Shown here in pieces: positions 25,301 to 35,000 of a DNA stretch of 64,000 nt. Position 1 is the first letter of the stretch. Every line of letters begins with the position of its first letter. The translations under genes and the position numbers were made by a program. The notes beneath the pieces are model-generated. The model saw only the letters and a list, made by a program, of their open reading frames with translations, searched no databases and was not told the origin of the DNA. This DNA is from Podarcis cretensis (lineage: Eukaryota): assembly GCA_951804945.1 (NCBI GenBank), contig OX638156.1, forward strand, positions 40,610,001 to 40,674,000, given 5' to 3'.

Positions 25301-25492
25301 CATGCCCTTGGCGAGGGCCAGTTTCCCTTCCCCACGGGGGTCTCTGCCCTCGGCCCCGGGGAAGAGACACCCACTCCTCCCCCGGCGGCCTCCAGCGACC
25401 CTCCGGCGGAAGACATGCTGGTGGCCATCCGGCGTGGGGTGCGCCTTCGCAGGACCATCACCAATGACAGGTCGGCGCCCCGGTTTTTGTGA
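7227..25492 (+). CDS. MTSS2: MTSS2 (MTSS1-like/ABBA), I-BAR/IMD plus WH2 protein; 5'-partial multi-exon CDS join(7227-7311,7625-7716,7976-8050,9606-9614,16269-16426,17490-17597,18431-18528,19358-19568,21159-21233,23059-23235,24224-24389,24729-25492)
   Basis: Manually spliced GT-AG exons give one continuous frame, GATRDIGSALTRMCMRHRSIETKLRQFT...KKARKELLGKGDLQPQLD...DMLVAIRRGVRLRRTITNDRSAPRFL*, which matches recalled MTSS2. Exons 1-3 are not in the window. Confidence 0.96.
7625..7716 (+). CDS. MTSS2: MTSS2 exon 5
   Basis: ctgcag|CGCC...AAAG|gtaaaa; ALMESLINPLQDRIEDWKKTANQLDKDHAK. Confidence 0.95.
7976..8050 (+). CDS. MTSS2: MTSS2 exon 6
   Basis: ccttag|AATAC...AAAG|gtaaga; EYKRARHEIKKKSSDTLKLQKKARK. 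Confidence 0.95.
9606..9614 (+). CDS. MTSS2: MTSS2 9-nt microexon (ELL)
   Basis: Long polypyrimidine tract, then ctgtag|AGCTACTTG|gtaagt; restores KARK-ELL-GKGD. Confidence 0.9.
10397..10619. mobile_element. Tc1/mariner-type MITE
   Basis: TIRs CAGTGGTGCCccaCAAGA / TCTTGcgaGGCACCACTG flanked by TA on both sides; internal GCAAGACGAA repeats. Confidence 0.85.
10853..10988. mobile_element. hAT-type foldback MITE
   Basis: TIR CAGGCATAGGCAAACTC; perfect 8-bp TSD ATGTATTG (10845-10852 and 10989-10996); second family copy at 55507. Confidence 0.9.
11366..11587. mobile_element. hAT-type MITE nested in an older degenerate MITE (~11280-11650)
   Basis: Ends CAGGCATGTCCAAA...TTTGGATACCACTG; perfect 8-bp TSD GCTTATGG. 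Confidence 0.85.
14523..15105 (+). mobile_element. 5'-truncated L1-clade LINE (ORF2 C-terminus plus 3'UTR)
   Basis: [19 protein letters not shown]..., as at 47989-48114; AATAAA and A-tail; 18-bp TSD GAACATCCATAAAAATTA (14505-14522 and 15106-15123). Confidence 0.92.
15401..15760 (+). mobile_element. Sauria SINE
   Basis: tRNA-like head with A box (GGTGGCGCTGTGG) and B box (GGTTCGAATCC), typical body, (ACCTTT)n tail. Confidence 0.9.
16269..16426 (+). CDS. MTSS2: MTSS2 exon 8
   Basis: tttcag|GTAAAGGG...GTGGTG|gtaggt; GKGDLQPQLDNALQDVNDMYLLLEETEKQAVRKALIEERGRFCTFIAYLQPVV. Confidence 0.95.
17371..17429 (-). mobile_element. CR1-type LINE 3' end fragment
   Basis: catagaat...ggaagggacc...catctagtcca motif; related copies at ~27930-27997, 41408-41475 and 53895-53995. 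Confidence 0.6.
17490..17597 (+). CDS. MTSS2: MTSS2 exon 9
   Basis: ttgcag|AAT...CAG|gtggga; NGEITMLGEITHLQGIIDDLVVLTADPHKLPSASEQ. Confidence 0.95.
18431..18528 (+). CDS. MTSS2: MTSS2 exon 10
   Basis: ttgcag|GTG...TGCAG|gtaggt; VIKDLKGSDYSWSYQTPPSSPSSSGSRKSSMC. Confidence 0.95.
19358..19568 (+). CDS. MTSS2: MTSS2 exon 11
   Basis: ctttag|CGGC...CAG|gtaagc; ...QTYSPTSICRYRSLAQPVNANTRLSSVSSHDSGFISQDAMFSKPPSPMPSDLTSQ. Confidence 0.92.
21159..21233 (+). CDS. MTSS2: MTSS2 exon 12 (possible longer form to 21278)
   Basis: tggcag|AAG...TCG|gtcagt; KSSSSASSEASETCQSVSECNSPTS. Confidence 0.9.
23059..23235 (+). CDS. MTSS2: MTSS2 exon 13
   Basis: ttgcag|GAT...AAG|gtatag; DWSKASLYEQPVASTLQRRKDRVEHLRE...RPRMSPASIAAK. 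Confidence 0.95.
24224..24389 (+). CDS. MTSS2: MTSS2 exon 14
   Basis: caccag|CAT...CAAG|gtatct; HGEEVSPAASDLAMVLTRGLSLEHQKSSRDSLQYSSGYSTQTTTPSCSEDTIPSQ. Confidence 0.95.
24729..25492 (+). CDS. MTSS2: MTSS2 last coding exon (Pro-rich region plus WH2)
   Basis: ccacag|GCTCAGAT...; GSDYDCYSVNGD...EDMLVAIRRGVRLRRTITNDRSAPRFL, stop TGA at 25490-25492. Confidence 0.96.
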
Positions 25493-26048
25493 TGGACTCT
25501 TCCCCAGCGCCTGCTCAGTGCCCACCCGGTGGCTGGAGAGCAACCAGAGTCAGGACTAAACCAGGGGAAATGGAAGAGAAGTAAACGAACCACAAAAGGC
25601 AAAGCCACTTTATGGAGATTGTGTCAGAGTCTAGATATAAAGGAGACTAATCTATACGCCTTTGCTAACAAACCTGCACAGGCACAGCCTGGCACTGAAC
25701 TGGTTTTGGAGCCTCTTTTATACACATTGTTTTTCCATCTGCTGCCCTGCCCAGGTTTCCTTTCCCCTCCTGCACCTTCCTTCATCCTGGCCTGCAGAGA
25801 GACCGGTTGTTGCTGCTGCTGCCGCCACAAGGAGGGAGGCCATTCCCTTGCTCCATGATTTTCAGGGAGGAGTGAAAACCTGAACTGGATCTAGCAACTA
25901 CAGTGTTCTTAGTATAAGCTACACACACACGCCCCAACACACTTGCACATGGCAAAGAAATGGAGGCTGCCGTTCCTAGAGAGCACCCACCTCCTCCGGA
26001 CAAAAAAAATGCACTGTTAGTCCTGTGCTGAATCCTCCCTTCACAGCT

Positions 26049-26049
26049 C

Positions 26050-26083
<34 letters not shown>
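26049..26083. repeat. (TCTG)n microsatellite in the MTSS2 3'UTR
   Basis: About 8 TCTG units. Confidence 0.9.
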
Positions 26084-26084
<1 letters not shown>

Positions 26085-26748
26085 TTCCAGTTATTTTCTG
26101 TTTGCCATCTGTTTGTATCAGCTACTTCAAGAAAGACTTTACAAGCAGCAGTTAACACCCCCGTGAACAATCCCGGAAGCCTCTCGTGTTCCCAGGTGGA
26201 TCCCAAATGCGCAGCTGGAGGAGAGGGTGCAAGGGGCAGGGAGTGGACAACCTGCAGGCATGTCACCAGGCAGGAGGGCCCAATCCCCCCCAACAAGAGG
26301 TTGAGTCACAGCCACAGACTTATTGGCCTCCGTGGCTCTACTGGGAGCAGAGTGGGCAGGTTGGTTATATTCAGGAAGAGGATTGTGCTCTCGTCCCAAG
26401 TGGGGTAGGAGCTCTGTAATCTGAGAGGCCGAGGGTTGGGCTGCTGTTGATCTGCCCTCAGTGCCACTTCAGGACTGGGCTTGAACCTTTTGATAAGAAT
26501 TGGTAGTGATGGAAAGGTGAAGGTGGATGGCTGTTGCTCTGGAATAGCTGTAGCTAAGTGGATATAGGGGCAAAGGAAGTCTTTCTGTGGATGGTAGGGA
26601 GGACTTTGGTAATTGAGGACCTTAGAGGGTTTTGAAAGCAGGGTGTGTGCAAAGACCAAGGGTGTCTGCTCTTGGAATTCTCCTACAACCATCTGACAAG
26701 GCCAAAGGTTGTTAAACTGATGCTCACAGGTTCTGGTGTCACTGGAAA

Positions 26749-26880
26749 GGCTGTAGCAGAGTGGTAGAGCACCTGCTTGGCATGCAGAAGGTCCCAGGTT
26801 CAACTGTTGGCATCTCCAGATAAGAATAGGAAAGATCTTTGTTGTGGGAGGCTGCTGCCAAGCAGTGTTAGGCGGAGTGC
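26749..26880 (+). mobile_element. Degenerate tRNA-derived SINE in the MTSS2 3'UTR
   Basis: GGCTGTAGCAGAGTGGTAGAGCACCTGCTTGGCATGCAGAAGGTCCCAGGTTCAA; A/B-box remnants, no intact cloverleaf. Confidence 0.7.
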
Positions 26881-29111
26881 TGGGTCTGGGACAGTGTCCT
26901 CTGCCTTTTCCAATGTGAGCCTGTTTTGGCCAAGTATGGGTATGGTTATGACTAAGCCTGTGAGTGTGTGGCAGGGTGCCTCTTCTAACAGCATCAAAAG
27001 GGGCCCAAATTTGTCAATATTGGGTGGATACTTTGAAAGGGGTTAAAAGTATCTGCAGAGAGGGAAATAGCTGAACCAACCCTCTTGGTTGGTTCGTTTA
27101 CCTTTGGCGATGTTGCTGCTGCTTAGCCAGATCTGCTATACGGTCCACCATATCGCATGAAATTAGAGTCCCAGCAGAAAGTGAGGAAAGAATTACCACA
27201 AGCATTTAAAAATGGGGGCAGAGGGGATTTACAGAAACAGACCAGCTCCCTTGTTCTGGTTTTGGCCTCCAGATCTATAACCAAATGAATATTCAGCACA
27301 GCTTCTTCCTTTGTGCTTGGAGCTGAAGGAGCATGAGTTGGATTGCAGCTCCCAGCCAGAAACTCCAGCTTGGGCCATGCAGCTGCTGTAAGAATATCCA
27401 CATTTCTCACTGTTTTAGACACTGTTTTCACCTTCCAATGTTATTAAGACTCCCATCAATGCTAACCATGGGCTAGGCCGGTTTCTGGGCCTGATGGGAG
27501 TTAAGAGTTCAGCAGGGCTGGAATTTAGGGCACGCAAGCCAGGTAGTCAGAAGGAACATAAATACAAATAGTGCCTATCAACTTTTTAAGCTGTTTTGCT
27601 TACTTCCACCTGCCCCCCCCCCCAATTTGGAACAGAAGAATTTGCCCCGCAGAAACAACTTAAGGGTTTGGATAAATTCATTGAGTTTATTTATATTAGT
27701 TACGTAATCTTATACCCAGATCTGGAGAGTGCAAGAGACTTGGATCTACCTTGTGCTCACCCTGATATTGTCCCAGAAAGTCTAGAAATCGGCTCTGTTG
27801 GCAAATGGAAAGTGATGTTGGGAAAGGGGACAGTCTTGAAAGAAAGAGAAAGTGATGGGGAAAGTCAGTGGCTGGGAATTAAGGTGGTCTAAAGTGAGGG
27901 GGAAAGAGGGAGACGCCTTTCCCTGGAAGGAATCAGAGAATTGTAGAGTTGGAAGGAACAATGAGGGTCATCCAGTCCAACCCTTTGCAATACAGAAATC
28001 TTTTGTCCAACATGGGGCCTGGCCCTGGGTTAAGAGTCTCATGCTTTACAGATCAAGCTTCCTCAACAAATGAGGGTCCATTAAACGGCCCCTGCTGCAT
28101 AACCTCCACCTTTTGTGTTTGTTGGGCTCAAGAATGAGCATGTCTTGCTTTCCTCTCCTGGGATTGTTGAGTATCCAAGGATCACTGAACAGCACAGATG
28201 TAGCACATATGGGGTGGCTAAGTGGGGGAGGCAGAGCCCATGCTAGACATTAGGGGCTTCCTTTGTCCTTGGACTGGCCAGGCATTCGAGTACAGAGCTT
28301 ACCCATGCAAAGAAAAAAATGAAAGATGGGCTTGTGACAATTATTCCAAGAGAGATGCCACCACATTTCTCATAGCAGCAGCATGGTGGTCAACAACCCT
28401 TTCTAAAGTAGAGAGAGAGCACAGCTGTGGACAGCGTTGAGTGCTGTGTGGTGAGGCACAAGCAAAGCACAGCGGTGGTGAATACAAACCAGTCAACTCA
28501 AGGCCCCTTGCAAGGGCTGGGGAGCCTAGAAGCCTCTGAGAAAGCACAACTGCGCCTGCTCCCTCTTGCTGGATCCTCCCCGTCTCCCCATCCTTAGTTC
28601 CTGCAAGGCACAGCAGGGCCTGGTGTTGTCGTTGTTGTACATAGAGCCACAGCAGTCCCCTCCACCCTCCCCACAGCCCAGACGTCTTATGTGCGCTTGC
28701 GTGGGTGTCACGTTGTAGCCTCCTTAACTCTTATACTGTCGTAGTAATAACAGTTTAGTTTCTAACCAACCAACCTTCCTGTGGGTGCCCCCCTCCTCCC
28801 TGTCATGGCCAGAAATGACAACAGTGACAATGCGTGAGAAATGTTTGCATTTTGCTTTTTATTTTTATTTTATTTTTTTGTACAGAGGAAAAAAAACCCT
28901 TTAAAATGTCTCTCTCAACTGATGTTAACTATTCTGGTGCTGTTAACTTGTTCTTTTTTTCTAATTTATTTTCCCTACCCCCCCCCCCTTTTGCTAGCAG
29001 CCCTGGCCTTACCCACCCACCCTCTTTCATTCTTAAAGTTAATTATCCTCTCCCTTCATTTAAAATAGTCACTGCTACAAGTAACGAATGCACTGTGAAG
29101 ATTCCAGTATT

Positions 29112-29117
29112 AATAAA
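29112..29117 (+). terminator. MTSS2 polyadenylation signal AATAAA
   Basis: ccagtattAATAAAagttgtactgtaattaa at the end of an AU-rich block. Confidence 0.75.
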
Positions 29118-29424
29118 AGTTGTACTGTAATTAACGCAAATTGGTTCCTCCCACCCCATGGGGATACCCATTCTTACTCTCCTACGCATAAGAGGAAGAA
29201 AGCAGTTGTTTCTTCAGGCCAAGCACACAACATCCACAGGTGGTTTTCCTACCTGTAACCCTCCTGGAATCACAACACAAACGCTAACACACATTTGTCC
29301 CAGCCATTCCAATTCTGAATTTATGGTTACAGAAATCGAAAGGTAAGTGTATTTTTTAAAAACAAAGCACCAGCTTCTATAGTTCTAGGCTAGTAGGGGT
29401 TCTTAAGAGAGATGTCTTAAGGTG

Positions 29425-29600
29425 TATTTCAGACGAGCATAAGAGCCTGCTGGATTGTAGCAAAGACCCCATCCCGCTCTGGCAGAGACAAACCAGATGC
29501 CTGTAGGAAACTCAAAGGCAGAGCACAACAGAAACTCCTCATGTGATTCCCAGCAACTGGTATTCAGAAGCACACGGCCTCCAACAGTGGAAGTAGCAAT
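29425..29600 (-). mobile_element. Old CR1-like 3' fragment in the intergenic gap
   Basis: taagagcctgctggat...cagatgcct...cccagcaactggtattcaga; similar copy at ~39438-39695. Confidence 0.55.
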
Positions 29601-31385
29601 CAATAGCTGCGTCTCTCTGTATCTTCTCACATGGAAAGCAATAAGCATGTGTTGTTGTTTTTTAGCCTTCTGGGGCCTGCCTTTTTCTAATGATGCTGCT
29701 CTAAAGCCCCAGCCCCTGGACTACGGGAAAGGAGCTGGGCCTTGCTGATTTCAGTACCAGCCAGTGCATCAATCCCCAACCCTCTTCTCACAGCCATTTG
29801 CATATTTCCAACACCTTGTAGCAAGAATCATTTCCATGCCCATAGAATCTAAAGAGCTGCTTAGTATCCAAGTGTGCCTGCTTGTGTATGTGGAGAAGTA
29901 ACAGGGGTGAAGTCTGAGGGGTATTATTTCTGTAGCTTCCACAAGCTTTACCACAGTCTTTGTCACGGACAGTTGCCCTTCACATCAATCCCCACCCCTA
30001 ATCACTGAACCATTTCAAGGGTGGGCTGTGTTAGGCCTCTCCACCAGCCCCAACCTTAGTGAGGCAGCTGGGCAGCAGCAGTCCTCAAAGGCTACAACTG
30101 GTCCACTCTGGCCTTGTCTAAGAGGGCAAGAGACTTCCCAACCAGACACAGATTACTCCCTTTTCCGCAATCCCTCACTGGCTACTGGCTCCCTTATGAT
30201 GGGATGGGCTCTCCTTTTCTTGGAGCCAGAGAAGGTCCAGTGTGGCAGTTTGACATAGCATGTCAGAGCCTAGCCGAAAGAGAGATTTTCAGCTGACAAG
30301 AGAATTTGCTTAGTTCTACTTCTGAAATGGATGATATCCAATCCAGAACTCCCACATCCATACATGGAAGGAGAAATAGTCCTTTAAAGTAATTGTTCAG
30401 TGAAGACATTTGAAACAAAAGCAACCCGAAGCACCAGGAAACTTTTGAAAAAGGCCCAGAAAGCCTAGCCCAATTTCTAGATCTGAAATCACCTGGCTTT
30501 GGGCTTAAATAAAATACTGCTCATAAGTTCTCTGTAGCCTGATCCGGCAAGTGCCCATTCCACCAAGGGGCAGTGCTGCCAGTTCCACTGTATTTCTAAC
30601 TGGACCTCAACTAAAGGTGAGCTCATGACTATTAAAACCAGACACTGATCTCTCAGCAGCCAGCACATTTTGAAATAAACATCTGGTCCCCATAATATCT
30701 GAAGGGCATTTGTATCTCTGCAAGCAAGTATCTGTGTTTAGGAGCTGCAGCCAGTCACAAGTTCCATAGACATCTGCACTGTCCTCCAGAGGTCAGGAAC
30801 CTGTGCCCTCCAAATATTTGCAAACAGCTACCATTATCCCTGACTATTGGGCCAGGCTGACTCGGATGAATCAAACCCCTATATTACATTTAAAACAAGT
30901 AGTCAGCCCACCATAGAAACAAAGAGATCTGTCATTCACATGTAATGCAGCCCGAAGAATGGCTCGGAGGGAGGGAGTGCAAAAGGTTTGCTTTTGAGGA
31001 AAGTAAACCTAACAGCAACCTTATCTTCTCTGAAGGGGTAGGGTAGGGTAGGTTGGGAGACAATTCCAGAACTTAAGTATAAACCTCCTTAGGACAGCTG
31101 AGAGGGCTGAACAAGTCTTCCACAGCAGAGTAAATGGAGAGTAAGATCTCTAGAGAAATACAGAGCCTAATACTAGACACTCCAAGTGCAGGGAAACGTG
31201 GCTTTCCTCTGCAGCCAAAAGGGCAAGAAGTGCATTTTAAAATGAATGACAAGATTGATCCTCCCATGAATTTAATGTGCCATTGGCAGAGCTCCTCCCT
31301 AGCTCATGTCCCCAGAAGCAGGTAAAATTCATGAGAGAAGTCACCAAACAGGTTTGTCAGCCAACCTTTAATCCAGATGCTGGGT

Positions 31386-31391
31386 TTTATT
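31386..31391 (-). terminator. SF3B3 polyadenylation signal AATAAA
   Basis: + strand TTTATT, about 535 nt past the SF3B3 stop. Confidence 0.65.
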
Positions 31392-31925
31392 AAAGAAAAA
31401 TCTATGGCCAGAATCACACAGGCCATCTCTTCAGCAGACAAAAGGCTAACTTGGTACAAGACTCTATTTACAAACACAGAGATAAAAACTGCAGGATGGA
31501 AAAATTACACCAGCCACGCCCACAAGGCTTCCCAGACACTGGCCAATGGAAGAGGAGGAGCCCTAACGTCCCTGTGCTCATATCTTACCAACTCAGAAAA
31601 GGTGACTTCATCTAGCTAGCTCACTTGACAAGGAAAGGGCACCAGGGCCTTGTCCAAGGGCAGGTTGGTAGTGGGTGCAGCACCCAAACTGTCTGTAAAA
31701 AGGGTGGAGCCAGAAACACACCTGAAAGTGGAGGCCTCGCCACTTGAGAGAACCTGACTGACTCCTGGAACAGCATGGACAGAACAGGTTGATGACATGG
31801 TTGGGCTTTCAAGTCGCTGGAAGAAAACAAGAGTACCAAAGTGGGAGGAACTGGCCAAAAAAGCTCATACCCTTCAAAACATCTTTGGAACAGGAATCCC
31901 AGCCACGTCCCTGAAAAGGCGCCTC

Positions 31926-32066
31926 TCAGAAAGCATAGCGGGTGCGGATGTCCTCCAGCTTCTTGGACACCTCTGGTGGGGTCCTGTCCAGCTCTTCAGA
32001 CACGTTCTTCTGCTTGTTGGGCTCCATGGAGTTGAACTGCTCACACAGATCCCCATCAATGACATT
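31926..32066 (-). CDS. SF3B3: SF3B3 last coding exon
   Basis: [49 protein letters not shown] at 31928-31926. Confidence 0.96.
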   Translation of the reverse strand, partial: NVIDGDLCEQFNSMEPNKQKNVSEELDRTPPEVSKKLEDIRTRYAF

Positions 32067-35000
32067 CTAGCAAGAGAAAGAAAGGGTGGGGGGCTATTTT
32101 AGAAGCTGCAGCCCATGGAACGAAGGAGGGAATGGGCTCAAGCACAGAAAGCAGACCCAAAGCACAGAGAACAAGAGGCTTGTCTAAGAGGCCCAAAGAT
32201 TCTCCACAAGAGTCAGAATGAATAAAAGCAAATTCTCTCTTTAAAAAAGTACAGGTATTCAGCAGACATTTGCCTAAAAGTGAAAAATGAAGGTGTCCAC
32301 AAGTCCATGGAATGGGGGGGGGGGGGCACAAAAAACGAGAAAACTCCAGCAAAAAAACCAAACTCGAACTATCTTGCTCAAGATCACCCCAGGGCTTGGC
32401 ATGTGGTGAACTTGCAGCTTTAGAGCTACACTGTTAATGCTGCAAGTCTGGAAATGAAGACTTAACCGTGCTAATGCAAAAATAACCTGCTGCATGACTC
32501 CTCATTGTCACAGAAGCATTTCCTGAAATGCAGATTCATATGGGGGGGCCAGAAACCGAATTCTGACACAATGGACAGTGCTGCCCTATCCATGATGTAC
32601 AGGTGACCCAAGAGAAACACATGGTTTCCAAAGAAAAAAGTAGACCCACCTTGATACCTAGGTCAGTTCTAACAGGATGCTACCATCACCAGGGAGAACT
32701 GCAATAGGGAATTGGGGCTTGAAATCTATACATATCACTTAGAAAAGATAAACGTCCATTCAGACAAATCACCCAGATGGTGAAAAAGAAAAAGTCAGAG
32801 AATCACATAGACACATAGGCCCCATTGCTGATTACCCTTCTTAGCAAGCAGAATCCTGTCCTGGAAAAGCCATTCCAGCAACCTCAGCAGATGCTCTGAC
32901 CAAGCATAAAATGCAGGGGGAAATTTGGCCTTCACATTGGCAACTTTTACCCATGAGCAGAGCTCAAGTGCTTACTAGCATATGATGGACACGTAGCAGA
33001 GACCCACAAACTCAGCCTACCTTCACTGGGAAGTAATAGGAGCGGAAGCTGAGGTGGTCTCGTCCACAGAGAGGAGGGTGTTCAGACCTCAGATGCATCT
33101 CAACATGTTGGAAGAAGTCATGATCCTGAAAAGAGAGAGCGCCATCAAAGGGAAAGGAAAACAGCTGGAAGCAGCAGTGTCAGGCCACACCCGGGGCCAG
33201 CACTGAAAAGAGGAGCAGCTGTGATTGGTAAACTGGTTGACAACACACCACCTGAACAAACCTCCTAGAGCAGGGGGAGGCAACCTCAGGCCCAGCGGTT
33301 GGATGCTGACCAATCGTCTTCTCAATCTGGCCTGTGGACGGTCTGGGAATCAGAGTGTTTTTACATGAGTAGAATGTCTCCTGTTATTTAAAATGCCTCT
33401 CTGGGTTATTTGTGGGGCATAGGAATTGGTTCAGGGTTTTTTTCAAAATATAGTCCAGCCCACCACATGGTCTGAGGGACGGTGAACCGGCCCACAGCTA
33501 AAAAATATTGCTGACCCCTGTCCTAGATAGAGTGAGCCCTCTGCAGGCTGGCATACATCATTTTGGGGAAGGAATTTACATAGCAGAAAGTTCATCACAA
33601 AGCACTGGTCCAATGTGGATTTCCCTCTTCGGAAACCGGCCTGGACTTCAGATATCACCTTATTTGTATCTGCCCATTCATCCAGTCTCCCAAGAAGGAG
33701 CCTGGCATATAGTTTAGAGGCTACATCTAACAAACTAATGGGTCTATAACTGGTAGGATTTTTCTAATCACCCTTTTTGTATATTGGGGCAATTATACTC
33801 AGCTTCCACCCTTCCGGTATGTAACCTGAGCTGTTAATATATGAAAACTGTTTTGCAAAAATGGGCAACCAGAAATCCGGTCTTATAAATCTCCATTGGG
33901 ATCATGTCTTCTCCTAGAGCTTTATTGGTTAATTGGCTTATGATTGGGCGTGATGTCTGGCCATTCTGGCAGTTATAACAACTGAGTATAGTAAACTTGT
34001 GAGGGTGAGTCAGAGCGGGGGCCATATATTCCTGTAAAATATGTCACCCAGTCCTTTCCTTGGACAGATGCTTCTAACGAGTAGCCCAGCCCATTTGTAC
34101 CTTGGGCAACCAAATGCCTAAATTTCCGTGAGTCCTTTTTAGCTCTGCTTCATTCTGTCATGCAATAAAATTTCAGTCATGCCTCATGGGCAGAGCCAAC
34201 TGGCAAATGTGGGCGTCACCTGTGCCAGCAACGGTTTTCAGGGTACATTATATTGCCAGATATCAGTGTATGCACTGGGGGAGGGGGGAGACATACAGAG
34301 AGCAAAGAGAGCCATAGGCAGCTCAGGAGATCCAACAGCAGCCAAGCTCAGTATGTGCATTAAAGCAGATCCATTTCTGATCCACACAAGGAAGAGCCAA
34401 GAGGCCAACTGTGGGCAGGGAGTGGCATAGCCTCCCCACCCTTTCAGCTTTGTCTTCCATCCTCCCATAACTCACTGTCACTACTGCAGGGCATTAAGTG
34501 CTCCTGCTGCACTATGTAGATGAACAACTCTTAATATTTCCATCATACAAGAACTTCCTACCTCATGTGATGTAAACGGGACCAGAATGCCAATGCCCCC
34601 AGATAAGGTCGTATAGACAAGAGATTCAGAGCCTCCGGGGATTAGAGTTGTCTTCTGCAGGGACAGGACTGTTTCCCCTACATGGTAGTTCATAATCACC
34701 TCTGCCTGAAAGTAAGACAAGCAAGACTTCAGCAGGTGACCTAAGATAATGCATTAAATCAAGACAATCTCATTTTCATCAAAGAAAACCTACATTTATC
34801 ACTTCCAGTGGTTGGTGAGGACATTTCTAAACACACTTATAATGCAAACTTGCAACAGTGATTTCCTATGTGTAATGCTTGGGGAGGGAGGTGCTATTAG
34901 GCTACTGGAGTACATTGGACCCCTTCCATTATGAGCACAGTATTTCATTAGGACAGTATTTCACATTTCTAAAATGCAGTGTCAATTAAATTATCCCCCC

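Larger units (their letters stand above)
25493..29135 (+). other. MTSS2: MTSS2 3'UTR (~3.6 kb, putative)
   Basis: Runs from the stop codon to AATAAA at 29112-29117; U-rich terminal block with a Pumilio element and miRNA seed matches. Confidence 0.7.

Noticed and set aside
24835-25608. Several long antisense or alternative-frame ORFs over the last MTSS2 exon
   Set aside because: Expected shadows of a GC-rich coding exon
26749-26820. tRNA-like sequence
   Set aside because: Acceptor and T stems are broken and it continues into a SINE body, so it is not a tRNA gene
29803-29829. Minus-strand peptide DSCYKVLEI resembling IL34 DNCFRVMEL in the expected position and orientation
   Set aside because: Only 9 residues. 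The flanks do not match, nucleotide similarity is poor and there is no splice context, so it is compatible with chance. It needs a proper alignment before being called a pseudogene remnant.
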